A stretch of DNA of 64,000 nucleotides from Lama glama. Its lineage: Eukaryota. The stretch spans positions 2,108,001-2,172,000 of the forward strand of contig CM052816.1 in assembly GCA_028534125.1 (NCBI GenBank), given 5' to 3'. The notes below the pieces were generated by a model. It did no database searches. It had not been told where the DNA came from and saw nothing but the letters and a program-made list of their open reading frames with translations. Position numbers and translations under genes: made by a program. This document shows, in pieces, positions 61,890 to 64,000 of the stretch; positions within the stretch are counted from its first letter, which is position 1; every line of letters begins with the position of its first letter.

Positions 61890-62090
61890 TAGTGTAGCAA
61901 AATGGTTGCAATCCTGGGCTCTGGAGTTGGACAAACCTAGGTTCAAATCTCAGCTCCACCACTTGCCAACTGTCTGACTTTGGGGAAGTCATTTACTTGT
62001 CTAAGCTTTTGTTTCCTGGCCTCTTACGCTGGGCTAATAACACTCATGTGCTTGAACAGCCTTGAGCCCTGCAGTTCAGTGAATGGTAGT
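61890..62090 (+). mobile_element. MIR (well preserved 5' and core)
   Basis: gggctctggagttggacaaacctaggttcaaatctcagctccaccacttgccaactgtctgactttggggaagtcatttacttgtctaagcttttgtttcc. Confidence 0.85.
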
Positions 62091-62759
62091 CCTTGCTTTT
62101 GCACGTGTGACTCCTCCCCAGCCTCCCCCCATCCGACGTGGGACCTCTCATTCTTCAGCAAATCCTACCCTTTTGGTCCCAGTAGGTGTGTGGGCAGAGT
62201 AAACATCCTGGGCACAGTCTCCAAGTCGCTCTCTCCTCTTTCAGGTGGAGCAGTTTGCAGGTACCGTGGCTGGACCGCTGTTTAGCTAGTTGCTTTGTGG
62301 TTCTCTCACAGCAAAGGCTGCAGCTGCCCATGTTGGGTAGTAGAAGGTGGGGGCAAGGGAAACCCTTCCAGAGAGTACCAGAGCAGGGTCAGACCCTGCA
62401 GCTGCCCGCCAGCTGGGCTGGAGTCGGAAGGGACCTCAGGAAGCCTCTGGGAAAAGTGTTTCATGAGCAGAGCAGGAAGAGGGCATGTGAATGTGTTCCT
62501 TGCGACTGCTTCAGAATTCTGATTCGGATATTTATGCATGGGATCCTGGGGTCCACAGATCTAAGAAGGACAGAGTTCTCTGGTGGCACTTTGGTAGACA
62601 ATTTCCGAGGCAAGGGACCACTTCATAGCCTCCCAGCTCCCCTCGGGAAGGCAGACGTGGTTGACCCTCCGAGAATACAGACTGCTTACTGGTTGGTTGC
62701 TTGAAAAGTGAAAGACCATAGGTTTCCTTACAAATTATAGCTCAGATGTCCACTTCCTA

Positions 62760-63260
62760 CCAAATCACACCGCAGAGCAAAGTCTGATTGTGTCACTCCC
62801 TTGTGTACATAATAAAGTCTAAACTTGATATTCAGGATACTTTGTGATCAAGATAGCTGCCTTACGATTTCAGTTTGATTCTATTCTTGAGCCATGGGTG
62901 CTAGAGATTTTCCACTTCGGTGCCTTTGCTCATTCTAGTCTTTGCACCTGGCACACCCACTTGCCGCACGCCGTCTCCACATTTCATGTTCTACCAGCCT
63001 GTTCTAGGAAGTCTTCCCAGCTCCATTTCCCCAACCCAGCTGGGAATGTGTGTTCTGCCTCTGAATTCCCATAGCACTATGTCTCACAGCACCTGGAGCT
63101 TTCTGCCTTGAGGTGCAGGTTATTTATTGATGCATTTTTGTCTCCCTGCTTAGTTTGTAAGTCTTTGAGGATTAGTTTCTGTTCATCTTTGTATTTTTCC
63201 AAAAGACCCAGCCTTTGTCCTACACACGTTAAGCCCCCCCGGTATGCACTGAATTTGTGA
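62760..63260 (+). mobile_element. L2 3' region
   Basis: tctgattgtgtcactccctt...gcctttgctcattct...ctaggaagtcttccc...tgtctccctgcttagtttgtaagtctttgagg...gttcatctttgtattt. Confidence 0.7.
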
Positions 63261-63299
63261 GGAGCACAGCGCGCTCATGGACCCCATTCACTGTGACGC

Positions 63300-63540
63300 T
63301 TCTTGATTCATTTACTGCAGAAAAGATCGCCCTGGGTGCCAGGTCTCAAAGTTACAGCAGAGAATGAGATGGACGCGACTCCTGTCCTCTTGTATACTGG
63401 TGGGGAGGTAGTTGAATGTGATTTCACGGACCTAAGTCTGGGATGCCTCAGACGCTGATTGGAGGGGCCCCAGCCAGATCAGGGAAGACTTCCTGAAGCT
63501 ACCGTTTAAGGCTAGGTCCTGACGGAGGAGGAGCAGAGGA
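63300..63540 (-). mobile_element. L2 fragment interrupted by MLT1A; resumes at ~63935-64000
   Basis: ttcatttactg...ctgggtgccagg...atcagggaagacttcctgaag...cctgacggagga. Confidence 0.55.
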
Positions 63541-63542
63541 AC

Positions 63543-63930
63543 ATTATGGTCTGAGTGGTCCCCCCCGCCACACACACACACAAACTCACATGCTGAAGCC
63601 CTGACTCTCAGTGTGACAGCATTAGGACGTGGGGCCTTTGGTGGGTGATTGGGTTTAGATGAAGTGATGAGGGTGAAGCCCCTACTATGGGATTAGTGTT
63701 CTTATAGAAAGAGGAAGAGAGACCAGATCTTGCTCTCTCTACCAGGTGAGGATAGGAGGAAGGAAACCAGCCAGTCTGTAAGCCAGGAAGAGGGCCCTCA
63801 CCAGAACCCTACCCCACCGCACCCTGATCTTGGACTTCCCAGCCTCCAGAGCTGTGAGAATAAATTTCTGCTGTTTAAGCCACCTTGACCTGTGCTGGTG
63901 TGTTATGGCCATCTGAGCAGATGGTTATAG
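63543..63930 (+). mobile_element. MaLR solo LTR (MLT1A-like)
   Basis: tatggtctga...ggggcctttggtgggtgattgggtttagatgaagtgatgagggtgaagccc...tgggattagtg...gcaccctgatcttggacttcccagcctccagagctgtgagaataaatttctgctgtttaagccac. Confidence 0.9.
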
Positions 63931-64000
63931 CAATGAAGGTGAGGAGAGCATGAGAGTGTTTGGGACAGCGAAGTCAGCAGGGACAAGTCCTAGAGGAGGA

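Noticed and set aside
62186..62704. Longest ORF (172 aa), and the other 60-152 aa ORFs in the track
   Set aside because: No recognisable domain or protein, many use non-ATG starts or overlap repeats and low-complexity DNA, and the lengths look like background for six frames of 64 kb.
1..64000. Attempt to assign a host gene by looking for remembered exon peptides of large-intron genes (FTO, VTI1A, LRMDA, MAP2K5, POLA1, RAD51B)
   Set aside because: No convincing match was found by eye. The window could lie wholly within one intron, so none is excluded and none is supported.

Overview
This is mammalian (eutherian) non-coding genomic DNA. It is probably from a camelid, because two young L1 3' ends resemble the camelid L1 3'UTR as I recall it and I see no Alu, B1/B2, Bov-A/BovB or Can-SINE. 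I recognise no protein-coding exon, RNA gene or CRISPR/prokaryotic feature, and the ORF track looks like random background. The window looks like the interior of a very large intron or a regulatory gene desert. It has many old MIR and L2 fragments, three MaLR (MLT1) LTRs, hAT-Charlie DNA transposons (including a ~1.5 kb Charlie1a-like element nested in a MIR), old L1M fragments, two young antisense L1 insertions with target-site duplications, microsatellites and one 100-N assembly gap. Between the repeats are about ten unique blocks rich in homeodomain/TALE/POU-type motifs that resemble conserved developmental enhancers; conservation cannot be tested here. I could not identify the host gene and found no convincing new biological system. 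The most interesting observations are a ~70-bp L1 insertion with an apparent 15-bp twin-priming inversion, a candidate 23-nt microexon inside the most enhancer-like block, a recurring PBX/HOX+MEIS motif grammar and a strong CTCF motif. Repeat subfamily names and boundaries were assigned by eye from recalled consensus sequences and are approximate.
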